Notes: generated by a model not told the origin, from the letters alone. 64,000 bases of DNA from Octopus bimaculoides (GCF_001194135.2 NC_068994.1:47847873-47911872), one strand, 5' to 3'; shown: positions 12,523 through 27,529, counted from the first letter of the stretch. Program-made: numbers and translations.

Positions 12523-13125
12523 CCCTTTAACGTTCAGATTTCTCTGTCAAATGTGTTTATTCAGATTGTTTAGAATTAATCATAGCTTTGAGATTTTGAT
12601 GATGTGGTTGTTTATTTTTAGAATGATGCTAGGTTGGTGTAAGAGGCCAGCCTAACTGACTGGTTTTGACATAAATAGATGGAATATTTGGGCCAGATAT
12701 TGTTGTTGGCACTCTGTCGCTTACGACGTTGAGGGTTCCAGTTGATCCGATCAACGGAACAGCCTGCTCGTGAAATTAACGTGCAAGTGGCTGAGCACTC
12801 CACAGACACGTGTACCCTTAATGTAGTTCTCGGGGATATTCAGCGTGACACAGTGTGACATGGCTGACCCTTTGAATTACAGGCACAACAACAGAAGCAG
12901 AAAGTAAGAGTGAGAGAAAGTTGTGGTGAAAGAGTACAGCAGTGTTCGCCACCATCCACTGCCGGAGCCTCATGGAGCTTTAGGTGTTTTTCACTCAATA
13001 AACATTCACAACGCCCGGTCTGGGAATTGAAACCGCGATCATATGACCGCGAGTCCGCTGCCCTAACCACTAGGCCATTGCACCTCCTGGGCCAGATATA
13101 GCTGGTATAAATACTAAAATACTAA
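12523..13125. mobile_element. piggyBac-like MITE interrupted by a SINE
   Basis: TTAA|CCCTTTAACGTTCAGA left end; body homologous to the intact copy at 56841-57060; right TIR degenerate. Confidence 0.65.
12701..13087 (-). mobile_element. Young full-length SINE family C with 12-bp TSD
   Basis: TGGGCCAGATAT at 12689-12700 and 13088-13099; tRNA-like head GGAGGTGCAATGGCCTAGTGGTTAGGGCAGCGGACTCG; (CAA)n tail; CpGs retained. Confidence 0.92.
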
Positions 13126-13249
13126 GGCTCTAATCTGTGGAGCAAAGAACGAATACATATAGGCAGTTAATTTGTATCTAGAAGATAAGTGGCTATCAAC
13201 TGCAGGACATAAGCAATAAAATAAGTAATCAATTGAAAATTCCTTTTTT

Positions 13250-13481
13250 GATTATCTCACTCTTTTACTTGTTTCAGTCATTTGACTGTGGCCATTCTGG
13301 AGCACCGCCTTTAGTAGAGCAAATCGACCCCAGGACTTATTCTTTGTAAGCCTAGTACTTATTCTATTGGACCCTTTTGCCGAACCGCTAAGTAACAGTG
13401 ACGTAAACACACCAGCATCGGTTGCCAAGTGATGTTGGGGGGACAAATATAGACATACAAACATATACACACACACATACA

Positions 13482-13500
<19 letters not shown>
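13250..13500 (-). mobile_element. SINE family A, 3' half
   Basis: Near-identical to 10675-10890. Confidence 0.85.
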
Positions 13501-13514
<14 letters not shown>

Positions 13515-14400
13515 GGCCTTCGTGTGGGTGACACGTAAAAGCACCCACTACACTCTCTGTGTGGTTGGCGTTAGAGAGAGAGAGAAAAGAAAGAAAGAAT
13601 CATTAAAATGCCTCATCGAGTAAGTCTGCGTCGTATCAGCGACGCCAAACAGGCAGCACTAAAACGGCCCTGCCAAAATGTTTCATATCCATTGGACCCT
13701 GTCAAAGCTCAGAGGAACTCACACCAAGCTTTGGCCTGAAAAGCTTTACAAATACCGAAATGAACACCACTGCATAAAGACAAAAATGTCTATCGTACAT
13801 AAAAGCAAAAATGTTTACCATTTTAAATGTTTACTACAAATAGATGCACGCACACACATGCACACTCATTAGTATTATGTATATATGTATTTGTATTATG
13901 TGTGTGTGCACACGCATGCATTTTTACACTTATATATACATACACATGCACATATATATAATTATTTGCTATTAATATGCTTCTATAAGGCCCGACATAC
14001 AGTCATTTATTTAGAACTGCACACGGTCTATTACACTCCAATATATATATATATATATACACACCCAAAAAGTGTTACTGTATCTACAGTCATACGATGC
14101 AGGTGCACAGGCTGTAACAACTATAGAACACATAGAATGATTAAATAACAACAGAAAAACACAAGTAAAACTGACAATAATTTTTTTTTTTTTTTTTAAT
14201 GAAACCTTGCAGAGGAGTAATGCTGCAAAAATAAATAAATAGATAAGTAAATAAATAAATAAACGGTTTGAAGAAGAAAACATTAGTCACACTTAACCCT
14301 GAAACTACTGTAAATAGAACTACAAATAAAACTATGTGTAAAAACTCTACCAATAATCTAGCTGAAGATGACACATCTAGCACTGATGATTGTAATATCA

Positions 14401-15005
14401 AATCTATGTCAAATAATCTCCTGTCTCTGGCTAATAATAATATTGTGGCACCTCGGGCAAGTGTCTTCAACTGTAACCTCGGAGCGAGCAAAACCTTGTG
14501 AGTGGATTTGGTAGATGGAAACTGAAAGAAGCCAAAACCTGTCGTGTGTGTGTGTGTGTGTGTGTGTGTATGTTCATGTTTGTCCCCCACCGATGTTGGT
14601 GAGGTTATGTCCCCGTAACTTGGCTGTTCGGCAAAAAGAGTTCGAACTTAGCTGTTCGGCAAAAATAGAAAATCTCTGTCAAATAATTGCCTATCTCTGG
14701 CTAATAATAATATTGTGGCACCTTGGGCAAGTGTCTTCTACTGTAGCCTCAGAGCGACAAAAGCCTTGTGAGTGGATTTGGTAGATGGAAACTGAAAGAA
14801 GCCGAAACCTGTCGTGTGTGTATGTGTGTGTGTTTCTATTTGTCGTTGGTGTGGTTATGCCTCGTAACTTAGCGGTTCGGCAAAAAGAAACCAATAGAGT
14901 AAGTACCAGGCTAAAAAAAAAAAACAATAAGTACTGGGGTCGATTAATTCGACTAAAATTCCTCCAGCATGACCGCAGTCTAATAACTGAAACAACTAAA
15001 AGAAA
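14401..15005 (+). repeat. 270-bp local tandem duplication containing SINE A fragments
   Basis: Unit starts at 14401 and 14671 share non-SINE flank (TGTCAAATAAT..TCTCTGGCTAATAATAATATTGTGGCACC) plus SINE body. Confidence 0.8.
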
Positions 15006-15019
15006 AAAAAATCAGTGAA

Positions 15020-16140
15020 TGTGGGGTAAATCTCGAGGATAAAGAAAACGATAGTACTAAACATACTTTTAGGGAATGCACCAATTTTAGAGTCAGTAAT
15101 ATAAATATAAAACAATAACAGTAAATCTAAAAGAATAAATACTAACAAAAGCAACTAGAAGAAAACTTGTATGAGGAAAACCAGAAAAAATTGTAACATG
15201 GTATAACCCTCTGTTCCTTTTACTGGTTAAGTTTTACATATCTAAAGTACTTTTTGAAATACTTAAGAAAAATTACCCCACTACAACATAGATACCATTA
15301 GATTTTTGACACCTATACTGTTAAACTATCGTATTCTACTACTCCTGACTCAGCTAATAATATTGCTGCTTTTGATCACAATGAGCTTAATCTAGGCATT
15401 AATAATTGTTGTGGGGAAAAAAAAAAAAGGCAGTACTAAAGCTTTATCTTGAATGAATAAAAATTTTTAGCAGCAATCCTGCTGATAAGTTTGGAAGTCA
15501 CCTTAATATGTGGATGATCGATTCTAATACTGCGTCTATAATGGTGGCTTATTCACACTGCAAATAAAAATAGCAAGACTATCGTTGCTTGTAATAATAT
15601 TATTAATAGCAGTAATAATGCAAACATGTAAATAACATAGCTTCAATCGACCCAGTCACTGCACAAAAGGGCTTGGCCACTGCATTCATATTTTATACGA
15701 TACCAATTATCACAGACAAACTAATAAGAAATTCACTCATGATTCTGCACCTTCAGAATCACTAGTGAATGTCCTTTTGCTAAAACTATCCAAGGAAAAA
15801 CATAGTTATATAGCTGTAATATTTTGGCCCATAATGAATTACATTATATAAGTTCTGATTAGAATTATTTCAAAATTAAGTATTCTGCGCGGAAGCATTT
15901 TAAAATTTAATTCTAGATTAATGCATTCGACAACACTAATCGAATACATATGGAGTTTAAAGCCTAAAGTCATTATTTTAAATTCGAATGGAGTATTACT
16001 AATGCAGTGAATCTTTATGGAAGTGAAAGATGTGAATTTCGGTTGTGCACTAGTGAGGCTTAAACTGACGAAACTTTATTCAATAAAGAAAAAAGAACAA
16101 AGAGTAATTAATTGTAACGCTAACATTCCAAAGACTTTTA
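15020..16140 (+). mobile_element. Penelope-like element remnant (RT tail to GIY-YIG)
   Basis: KKIVTWYNP (cf. RKRKIIWFNPP) near 15190 and STTLIEYIWSLK (cf. STTLSKYIW.LK) near 15930; heavily degraded and interrupted. Confidence 0.55.
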
Positions 16141-16389
16141 AACATTATCAAACTAAGATTGAGATAATTATTCAGAATTACGGTATTATCTAATCTACTT
16201 GACACTTCTCTTGTAAAATTGCATTAGTAACACTCTAATGGTATTTATAATTATTTTTTCTCGCTTGATTGCATTCTTTCAATACTTTAACGTTACATAC
16301 ATTTCATATGTAATACATACTTCTTTTATTCCATTGCATCGCTGAAATACAAACACGAGTAAAAAAAAAAATATGCATAGGTCATATAT

Positions 16390-16600
16390 ATTCTTTCATT
16401 GTTTTACTTATTTCAGTCATTTGACTGCGGCCATGCTGAAGCACCGCCTTTAGTCGAGCAAATCAACCCCAGCACTTTTTCTTTGTAAGCTTAGCACTTG
16501 TTCTATCGGTCTCTTTTGCCAAGCCGCTAAGTTACAGGGATGTAAACACACCAGCATTGGTTGTCAAGTGATGTTGGGGGGACAAACACAGACACACAAG

Positions 16601-16668
<68 letters not shown>

Positions 16669-17180
16669 TATGCGATGGGTTTCTTTCAGTTTCCGTCTAC
16701 CAAATCCACTCACAAGGCTTTGGTCGGCCTAAGGCTATAGTAAAAGGCACTTGCCCAAGGTGCCACGCAGTGGGACTGAATCCAGAACCATGTGGTTGGT
16801 AAGCAAGCTACTTACCACACTGGTACTTATTTCATCGACTCCACCAAAAGGATGAAAGACAAAATCGACCGTGGTGGAAATTGAACTCAGAATGTAAAGA
16901 TGGATGATATGCTGCTGAGCATTTTGCTCAGAGTTCTAACGATTCTGCCAGCTCACTGACTTATTCACCCCCGCCCCTATTATTGGTTTCAAATTTTGGT
17001 ACAAGACCAACAAATTCAGGGTTGCAGGTAAGTCGACCACATCGACCTCAGTGCTCTTCTTATACTTATTTTATCGAGCCTCAAAGTTGGCTTTAGGGGA
17101 ATTTGAACTCTGAACATAAAATCAGAAGAAATGCCGTTAAGCATTTTATCCGGCGTCCTAACAATTCTGCAAGCTCACCG
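16390..17180 (-). mobile_element. Cluster: full SINE A followed by two SINE B fragments
   Basis: Direct similarity to other copies; internal (CA)n at 16600-16670. Confidence 0.85.
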
Positions 17181-17519
17181 CGCTTTCTTCTCAATATTAA
17201 TAAAAGAGAAATTGCTCAGCAGTATTGAGTTTTCGATTTGTCACCCTTTTTATGTATTAATTTTATTAGCTTACGAGTACAGTATTTTGGTATCATTTCT
17301 GTTCATACTGCATTAAATATTATGAGTAACATTAACCATTTGCTCTTCTCCTGTTTTTAGTACTTCAGTATTGATGACATCTATACTGGAGATTTTACGA
17401 TTTCATTATTCTTTTTACTGCCTTTTCCATCAACGATTTTTTGACTAGTTGAAAATATCCACTGAACAGTTAGTCGAAGCATGTGAAAAGAATGGAGAAT
17501 GAAAATAAACGTGCCAAAT

Positions 17520-18180
17520 ACTACCAAGTAGCAAAGAAATTATCACATTGCATGGTTTTGAAGTAGAACAGAAGAGTGTTCTGAAGTAGAACAATATTGT
17601 GTTCTACTTCAGAACCACGCAATTTGATAATTCTGTTTCTCGGCAGCTCTGTACTGCCAAGAAACAAACAGATTGTTTCTCGGCTGTACAGAGGCAAATA
17701 GATTGCGAAATGCGAAAAGATGGGTGACACTAGCATCTAAGGCGTTTGGAAGACTAAGAAACACGATCTGGAACTGGCGGGATATCAGCCAACGATACAA
17801 AGTTAGGTTTTACAGCTTCTTTATTTTCCAGATCGTAATCTATGTCTCAGGAACATGCGAAATTGCGGTCAGTATTAAGGATATCATTATTAGACAGACG
17901 TTGAAGTATTTCTATAAGAAGAAGCTCTTCAAATGACAGACATCATAACTGAGGTTAGAAGAAGAGACTGAGATGGCTCAACCATGTAATAAGACCACCC
18001 AGTCACTACGTAAGGTTGGCAGTCACCAAGACTTCCCAAACCCTTGAACACGTGGTAGAACAAATAAGAAGAGAACCTCTAAGGTCTGTGAATACAAAGG
18101 GTTATCGTTGGCAATATCAGAACACAGAGCATTAAATCGAATTGGCTAGCTAGCACTTTGTAAAAAGACCTATTCAAAAG
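17520..18180 (+). mobile_element. RTE-clade LINE 3' remnant with rearranged 5' junction
   Basis: LASKAFGRLRNTIWNWRDISQRYKVRFY matches RTE (AS.AFGRL...W..R.IS..TK..VY). Confidence 0.7.
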
Positions 18181-18449
18181 ATGATCTCAAATAAAATTTC
18201 TTTCTCGCTTGTAAGATTAAAGCTTCTAATTTCACGGTTAAAAGCAGTAAGTCTCTCTGCTGCATTGATATCGCTGCTGTCTAGTCTGTAGCAGACTCAC
18301 GGTTCGATTCTACTCTTTCTCATGTAATGAAGTTTTATCCGCATATATCACGAGCAATTGTTTTATACGTACTTGAAATAATTAATATCTATATATAAAA
18401 CCAAGTATATACCAAGTCCAGAACCATTAGGATATCTCCTCTCTCGCAT

Positions 18450-20140
<1,691 letters not shown>

Positions 20141-20989
20141 TGGTGATAGTAAGCCCAAAGGACTTACCCAGGTTTTCATTGTATATATAATATATAAGAT
20201 ATATCAGTATGTATATATTGTTTATACATACATACATACATACATCATTATACCCCCTCCCCCCTCTTCCACATCCTCCTTCTTCTCCTTTATCCAGCTT
20301 CCTCCTCCGCCCGCACCTTTTTCAGCCTGTTTTACACTACCTGCTTTTTACATGCCTCTTCCCCCCTCTCTCTCTCCTTCAATATTCTGCTTCTCTTTTT
20401 ATCTACTCCCACAGCCACTTCTCCTTCTTTCTCTTGTAGATCTCTATCAGTCTCTTTGTTTCTGTCAATCTGTCTGTCACGATATACATATACACACACA
20501 CACGTATATATTATATGTGATATATTAAGGCTATACTATAATTATACTATACTATAATTATACTATACTATTAAAAACTGTGAAGGAGAGAAAGAATAAT
20601 ATAAATTTGTACCTCTTAATAGTGCATATATCCTTTATATATTTTTGGGCTCATAAAGTACATATCTATCTTTTATATAAATAATGTATGTATGCGTGTA
20701 CTGGGTACGAGAGAGGCGACAGGGTGAGAAGAAAGAAAGAAAAATGTGATATGTGATATAAATGATACACACACACATATGTATAATTTGTCTTTCTCTT
20801 TGTATATGTTTATATGTATAGAATAAACGGTGTTTGCGAGTGTAAAAAAAAACCTTATTTCTAAAAAAATATTTTCGGTTCTCTCCATCTTTTTACATAT
20901 CGGTTTCCTCTTCCGTTACCAACCTACTATTTTTTATACACACTTCATATATATATATATATATATCCATCCTTACAACTCGCCTTGTT

Positions 20990-22906
20990 TTCTCCCCTCC
21001 CTCTCTCTAGTATCCTAACCTTTTTCCCTATAGATATATATATATATCCCTCATTTTTCTCATTCTCTTTCCCCTTATTCCTTTCTACTGTTTTCTATAT
21101 TGTCGCCACATTTATTATTTACCCTTTCTTTTTACTCTCCTTTTCCTCTTTCATGCTTTTTCCTTATTACAGCCTCCCTTATCTTTTTCCCTCTTTCTCT
21201 TTCTCTGATTCTTTTTCTCCCTTCTCCTACACCCTGCATCCCTCTCTTACTCTGTTTTACCTTTCCCTCTTCCCTCATTCATTCTTCACATTTTTACTTT
21301 TTCCTGCGCGCGCTCTCTCACTCTCACTCAAGCTCTCTCACTCCCACTACATTTCCAGCTCTCTCTCTCTCTCTAAATCGTCATGCATTTTTTTTTCACC
21401 CCCTTTCTCCCATGTTCTTATATAGATTCTCCATTGTTTATGTTTCTTAATCTCTTTCCGCAACCCCTTTTGTTTTTTCCCTTTGCACCTTCCTTTCTCC
21501 GTTCCACTCTTCCTCTTTTTTCTTTTGACAGAGGGGGTGGTCCAATCTTTTCGTCGTTTCCTCTGTACCGTCTTTCCTCTTCCTACTGCCCTCCCTCACT
21601 CCTCTACTTCTACATTCTATCTCTTTTTTCCCCTCTCTCCCAATATCTCCATATATTTTCTTTTCTGAGCTTTCCTCCTCCCCTTACTCTTTCTTCCACT
21701 CCTATTCTCTTCCACAGTGTCTTATCTCACTTTTCTTCTTCCTTACTTTCTTTTATTTTACATGCTTCTCTCTCCCCATCTGTTTCTCACCTCCTCCTCT
21801 CCTTACACCTACAGTCCTTCACTTTTCCTACCACCCTTTTTCTCACTCTTTGATTACTATACTCTTCTGCCACTCTCTCTTCACTCTTACGCCTTCTTCC
21901 TTCTCTCCCTATGCCTGTCTCTTCTTTCACATAAGCGGTTTCTGTTTCCCTCCGCCCCTTTTGTACTTCCTGTCCGTCTCTGAACTTTCCCACTCGCTCG
22001 TTTTTATTACGTTTTTTTTACCTTCTCTTCTTCCCTCTTTCTCTGTTTCTCACTCCTTTGGTACTTCTTTTTCCACTCCTTTTCTTCCTTTTTTTTGTAT
22101 CACTGATTTTCCTCCTCCTCCTCTCTCTCTCTCTCTCTCTCAGGCGTCCTTACTTACCTTCCCTTTCTCATTTCCTCTTTTTTTCCCTATCTCTGAACTT
22201 TCCCTCCGTCTCTTCCTCTTTCCCTCTCTTTTTCTTCACACCCAATTGCCTTCCTTCTCTGTCTTTCTTTACTCTTTCTCTCACTTTTGTTTCACATCCA
22301 CATGCTTTTCGTTTCTCTCCCTCACCATGCCTCCTCCTTCGTCTTATACTTCTACTCTTTCAATTCTCCTTCCTCACATCTAAATGCCTTTCGTATTTCT
22401 ATTCCTCCTCCTTACCTCTTGTCCCTCGCTTCACAGTACTTTTTTTATATTACTTACATACTTCTCCGTTTCTTCCCCTCTTTCTCTTATTCTCTCTAAT
22501 GTATTTCACACTCTGACATTATACAATGTCTCTTTCTTTCTCCACCCTCTTCTTTTATTACTTTTTTCATGGGTTTTTGTTTTACATATTTACATGCCTC
22601 ATCCTTCACGGCTCACACTCTCCCTCCCTCTCTCTTTCTAACTCTCCTCACACCTAGAAACTGTTTTTTCCTGCATCTTTGCCTCATTATTGCTGCTTTT
22701 TATTTCCTTTCTTTCTCTAGTTCTAACTCTCCTCACACCTGGACTGTTTTTCCTGCATCTTCGCCTCATTACTGCGTCCCTCTCTCTCTCTTTTTCTAAC
22801 TCTAATTTCCTGAACCTTTTCCTCATCATAACTTCTCTCTCCTCCTATCTCTAACTATTTTCCTGCACCTTCGCCCCATCATTGCTACACACACACACAC
22901 ACACAC

Positions 22907-22939
<33 letters not shown>

Positions 22940-23240
22940 TACACTTTATATCTTTCTATTTTCTCTATTAACTCTCGCTTTCTCTTTCTCTCTCCATCTC
23001 ACATACTCTGCCTTTTTACACACTCTCTTCCTCTCTCAGTTTGTTACTTACGCATCTTCTGCTCTTTCACACTTTCTCTCTCTTTCATACTCTCTTTGTC
23101 TTCCTTTCTCCCTCTCACGCTCTCTTTCTTTCCTCTCTTCCTTTCTTTGTCTCACACACACACACATACACACACTCTTTCTCTCTCTCTCACCTTCGTT
23201 CATCAGTCTTACACTTTCTCTTTGCCCCTCCCCTCCTTCC
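20990..23240 (+). repeat. ~2.2-kb polypyrimidine (C/T) low-complexity tract
   Basis: Top strand almost devoid of G; contains 2-3 diverged ~80-bp repeats at 22630-22890. Confidence 0.9.
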
Positions 23241-23628
23241 GTGGTTCACTCGGTCGCTGTTGGTGTTTGCCACTGCAATCCCGGCATGCTCGGCTCGTGT
23301 ATGTGTGTATGTTGTACCATGTCGTAGCCTCTGTCGCCGTCGCCGCCGCCGACATCACTCCCATGTTGTTGAAGTGCCACTCACCAAGCGGCTTGACGGA
23401 CGGCGCACCGACTTCAACACCATTAAAAAAAACACACATATAACGTATTCATTGAACAGACAAACAGACCTTAAACCGCTCATCAAGAAATTATAACACA
23501 AATGCTTTTTTAAACGGATTTTTTCAATCATCGTTTCACTGCGCCTTTTTTCCCCTTTGGGAGGAACTCGTTTCCTCCAATTTTGTACTTTTCTTTCTTG
23601 GTGAAGATCTATCCTTTATCTTGTAAGT
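23203..23628 (+). promoter_or_regulatory. Putative promoter and non-coding first exon
   Basis: TCAGTC (Inr-like) at 23203-23208, CpG-dense unique sequence at 23240-23420, and a consensus donor TT|GTAAGT at 23623. No long ORF runs to the donor. Confidence 0.4.
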
Positions 23629-25203
23629 ATTTTTTTTTTCCTAATATTTTTTTTTAAAAAGAACACTCAGTCTCAAAAATATATCTGTTTCCGATTTGTT
23701 TAATTATATATTTTTATTAATGATTTATTTATTTGTTTTTCTTTAATGAAAGTGTGAAAACAAAAAGAGTTATGTGGAGGATGGAGGGGGAGGTAGTCAA
23801 TGCATCTCCTCGCACCTTCCCTCCTGTAGGTTATGTTATGTTTATTACATCCCCCCCTCTTCTATTTCGTCGTATAGAGAAACAGAGAGAGAGGGAGGGG
23901 GAGAGACTGATATAGACAGACAGTGAGAGGAGAGGAAAGAGGAAAGGCGAAGAGGAAGGAAGGATTATTAGTGACGGAGGCGGAGGGTTTCGTTTTAATG
24001 AAAGGTTTCTTTCTTTCATTGTTTATTGTGTTGGTTTAACGGTCTTTATAAAAGGTTTTGACGATGATCATAAAAATTCATAAAGAAGTCAAGTAATATG
24101 AATGTAAAATAATATAATAATACACAAACACGCATCCGAATGGAATAACTTTATTCGAAATCTATGTACATCATTAAATGTGTGTCTATATATATGTGTG
24201 TAAGTGTGCGTGCGTATATGATTGTAATTGGTGTTTTTTAGGCAGCTAAATATTAATGATCATTAAAAAATAAGACCCTCACACTTTGAAGCAAGAGGAT
24301 GAGAAGGGGAGGGGCTCACTTAAGCCTGCGATCCAGGTTCGATCCCCCGGTTGGAATCAGTTCACATCGCTAACTTAACACATACGCTGCACTCTTACAG
24401 AAACATTTGAACGTCATGCAATTTTGAGATTATCGTTTCAAACTTATCCCATTGTGAAAATGCTGGAAAAAAAAAACAAGAAAGAGCCTCATGCTTCATA
24501 TCAAACAAGTAAATAATGATTTAATTACACCGATTAACTCAAGTATACTGATAAGAACACACACTCATACAGAAACCATATATATACATATAAGTATATA
24601 TATATAAGTGGTCTATTCAATTGAATGATTATATAGGCAAAGAAGTGTGATGAGATGAAAGAACATCGTTACATTTGCCAAGAGAAGAAATAAATAAACG
24701 ATCGTTTATTAATCAGCGGTGTAGTGGCTTTGATCGTACTTTTTTATTCGTGTTCCAATATCAAGAGGGTTCAAAAAGAAAAGAAAGAAGAAAATAAGTC
24801 TTCTTTACAAGATTTCCCGATATTTAAAATGCTACATCATTCTTTTTCCGGAGGGAAAAACGTGAATAAAAAAAAATGGCCTTTTAATGCAATTTGTTAC
24901 CACTTAGCATTTTAGTGTGACTGGTAAGGATGTCAAAGGCAGTATAGAGCAAGGGATAAGCTCCCGGCGATATGACACCGCTACGCGGTTTCAATTCTTG
25001 CTTGAATTACTGCATTTCGTTTATTGCTCTTAAGTAAAAGTTACTTGTGGAAAGTGTGAATGAACGTCTTGGCACCTCCAAAAATGTCCTTTCTCGTACC
25101 TAAAGAGAAATATATATCTATATAACACAGTCAAAAAGAAATCTAAAACAAAATAAACAATAGCTCTGTGTGTGTGTGTATGTATTCATAATTTGTGAGT
25201 ATC

Positions 25204-25260
<57 letters not shown>

Positions 25261-25338
25261 NNNNNNNNNNNNNNNNNNNNNNNNNNNNNNNNNNNNNNNN
25301 NNNNNNNNNNNNNNNNNNNNNNNNNNNNNNNNNNNNNN

Positions 25339-25403
<65 letters not shown>

Positions 25404-26229
25404 ACATATATATATGTATGTATATATACACACATGTACGTCAATATAGCAACCTATATATATAGGTTTGTATATTGACGTACGAATATGTGTATACATT
25501 TATATTGTAACATATATTCACATTAATTATTTGTATTTGTACATCTCTCTCTCTCTCTCTCCATATATATATGTATGTATATATATATACACTACTCGAA
25601 TGGAATTATTGTACATATATACTAACACATACACCGGTAATATATTGTGTAAATTCATATAAATATGTAAAATATGTAAATCTCACATTTGTGGGTCCAG
25701 GTTTCTTAATGCAAATTAGAGCCGCTTCTTTACACTTGAGGCGCATCCAACATCATAATCCCTCTCAAAAAAAAAAATCCTAATCCCAGAAAATGTAGGT
25801 TCCTTTCTTTGTCCCTAGTCTATAAATTGTGTGTGTGTGTTTAGTAAAAAAATAAGGAAAGTACACTACCAAGACCCTTCCCCATTCGGATGTCATACCA
25901 TTTTTCGGTCGTTGAATTCCGTCGAATTTTTCAGACCTCAGGCTACTTTTTTTTTAATCGAAATATTTCCGTTTGACTTATATTCACAAGGGCTTTGCTT
26001 TATTTGGGGGACTAGAATGGACGTATTGTGCTGTTGATACCTTTCTCGTGCACCTTTACTTATCTGGCTTAAACGGAACCGAATTATCAAATAATATTCT
26101 TAACGTTTTACTTAACTGTTTTGTTGGATGTTACGTGTATTCCCCCCCCCCCGTCATCGATGTTCGAACCTCGATGACTTATGAAACTGATTTTTCAAAA
26201 AACTTTAATTCACTTTTACTTTTTTTAAT

Positions 26230-26301
<72 letters not shown>

Positions 26302-26879
26302 GTACACGTACACACACACTCACGCACGCACACACGTATGCATATACCTTCACCCTTTCGATTACATCGATACTAATATATCGATCACTAATATAATATA
26401 CGTATCTCATTCAGTCACCTTCTCCATCACATATAAGTATAAGAAATAGTAAGATATTCTGTGTGTGTGTGTGTGTGTGTGTGTANNNNNNNNNNGGGGG
26501 GGGGGGTGTCAGCCATGGCATTTACTGGGGATCCTGTCTCTAATATCTATATGGCAGTGAATTGCCTAATGAACGTATCGAGGGGAACAGCTTGCCGTAC
26601 TCGAGTTACATGTTATTTGATTAATGAACTTGAATTTCTACGTTTCTTGAAGGGAGGGTACGATTAAAGTATGCACGCCTGTTTATATGTGCGTGAGTAC
26701 GTGTACGTACGTACAGACGTCACACATACACATTTATATATACGCATATCTGTGTATGTTATGTATGAGTATATATCATCATCATTTAACGTCCGTATAT
26801 ATATGTGTATGTATATAAATATGTGTGTGTGTATTTATATATGTGTATATGTATGTGTGTATATTATATATATATGTAG

Positions 26880-26931
<52 letters not shown>

Positions 26932-27059
26932 GTGTGTGTGTATATGTATATATGTATATATATATATATGTGTGTGTATATGTATATATATGTGTGTGTG
27001 TGTATGTATATGTGTGTGTGTGTGTGTATGTATATATATATATGTGTGTGTGTGTGTGT

Positions 27060-27240
27060 ATGGTTGAAATTTACAGAAAAACAAAAGACGAATACAGGTG
27101 TATAAACAACAAACAGGTGTATTCGTTTAACACTCGGGAAGGTGAGAAAATCTTTTACGTTTCAAGCCTAAGCTCTTCAACAGAAAGGAACACAAGGAAA
27201 TAAACAGAGAGAGAATAAAAAATCTTTTCGAGCTATAAAA
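27060..27240 (-). mobile_element. Penelope-like terminal repeat with minimal hammerhead motif (27152-27187)
   Basis: Minus strand reads CUUU-CUGUUGA-A-GAGC-UUAG-GCUU-GAAAC-GUA-AAAG. Confidence 0.55.
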
Positions 27241-27251
27241 TATCTCTTTTA

Positions 27252-27314
<63 letters not shown>

Positions 27315-27361
27315 ACATACATATTTATGTATGTATATATATATGTATGTATATATATGTA

Positions 27362-27408
<47 letters not shown>

Positions 27409-27529
27409 ATATATGTATGTGTGTGCATGTGCATGTATACATATATGTATTGATGAATAGTGGTAGGTAGATAGAAAGAGAGAGAGAGAGAGATGCACAG
27501 ACAGAAAGTTCGATAGATACACATAATTG

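Noticed and set aside
16040-16075. CTAGTGAGGC..GACGAAAC hammerhead-like string
   Set aside because: The core is wrong, and it lies in the decayed Penelope endonuclease coding remnant.
20985-23496. Long F/L/S/P-rich ORFs
   Set aside because: A by-product of the polypyrimidine tract, which lacks stop codons.
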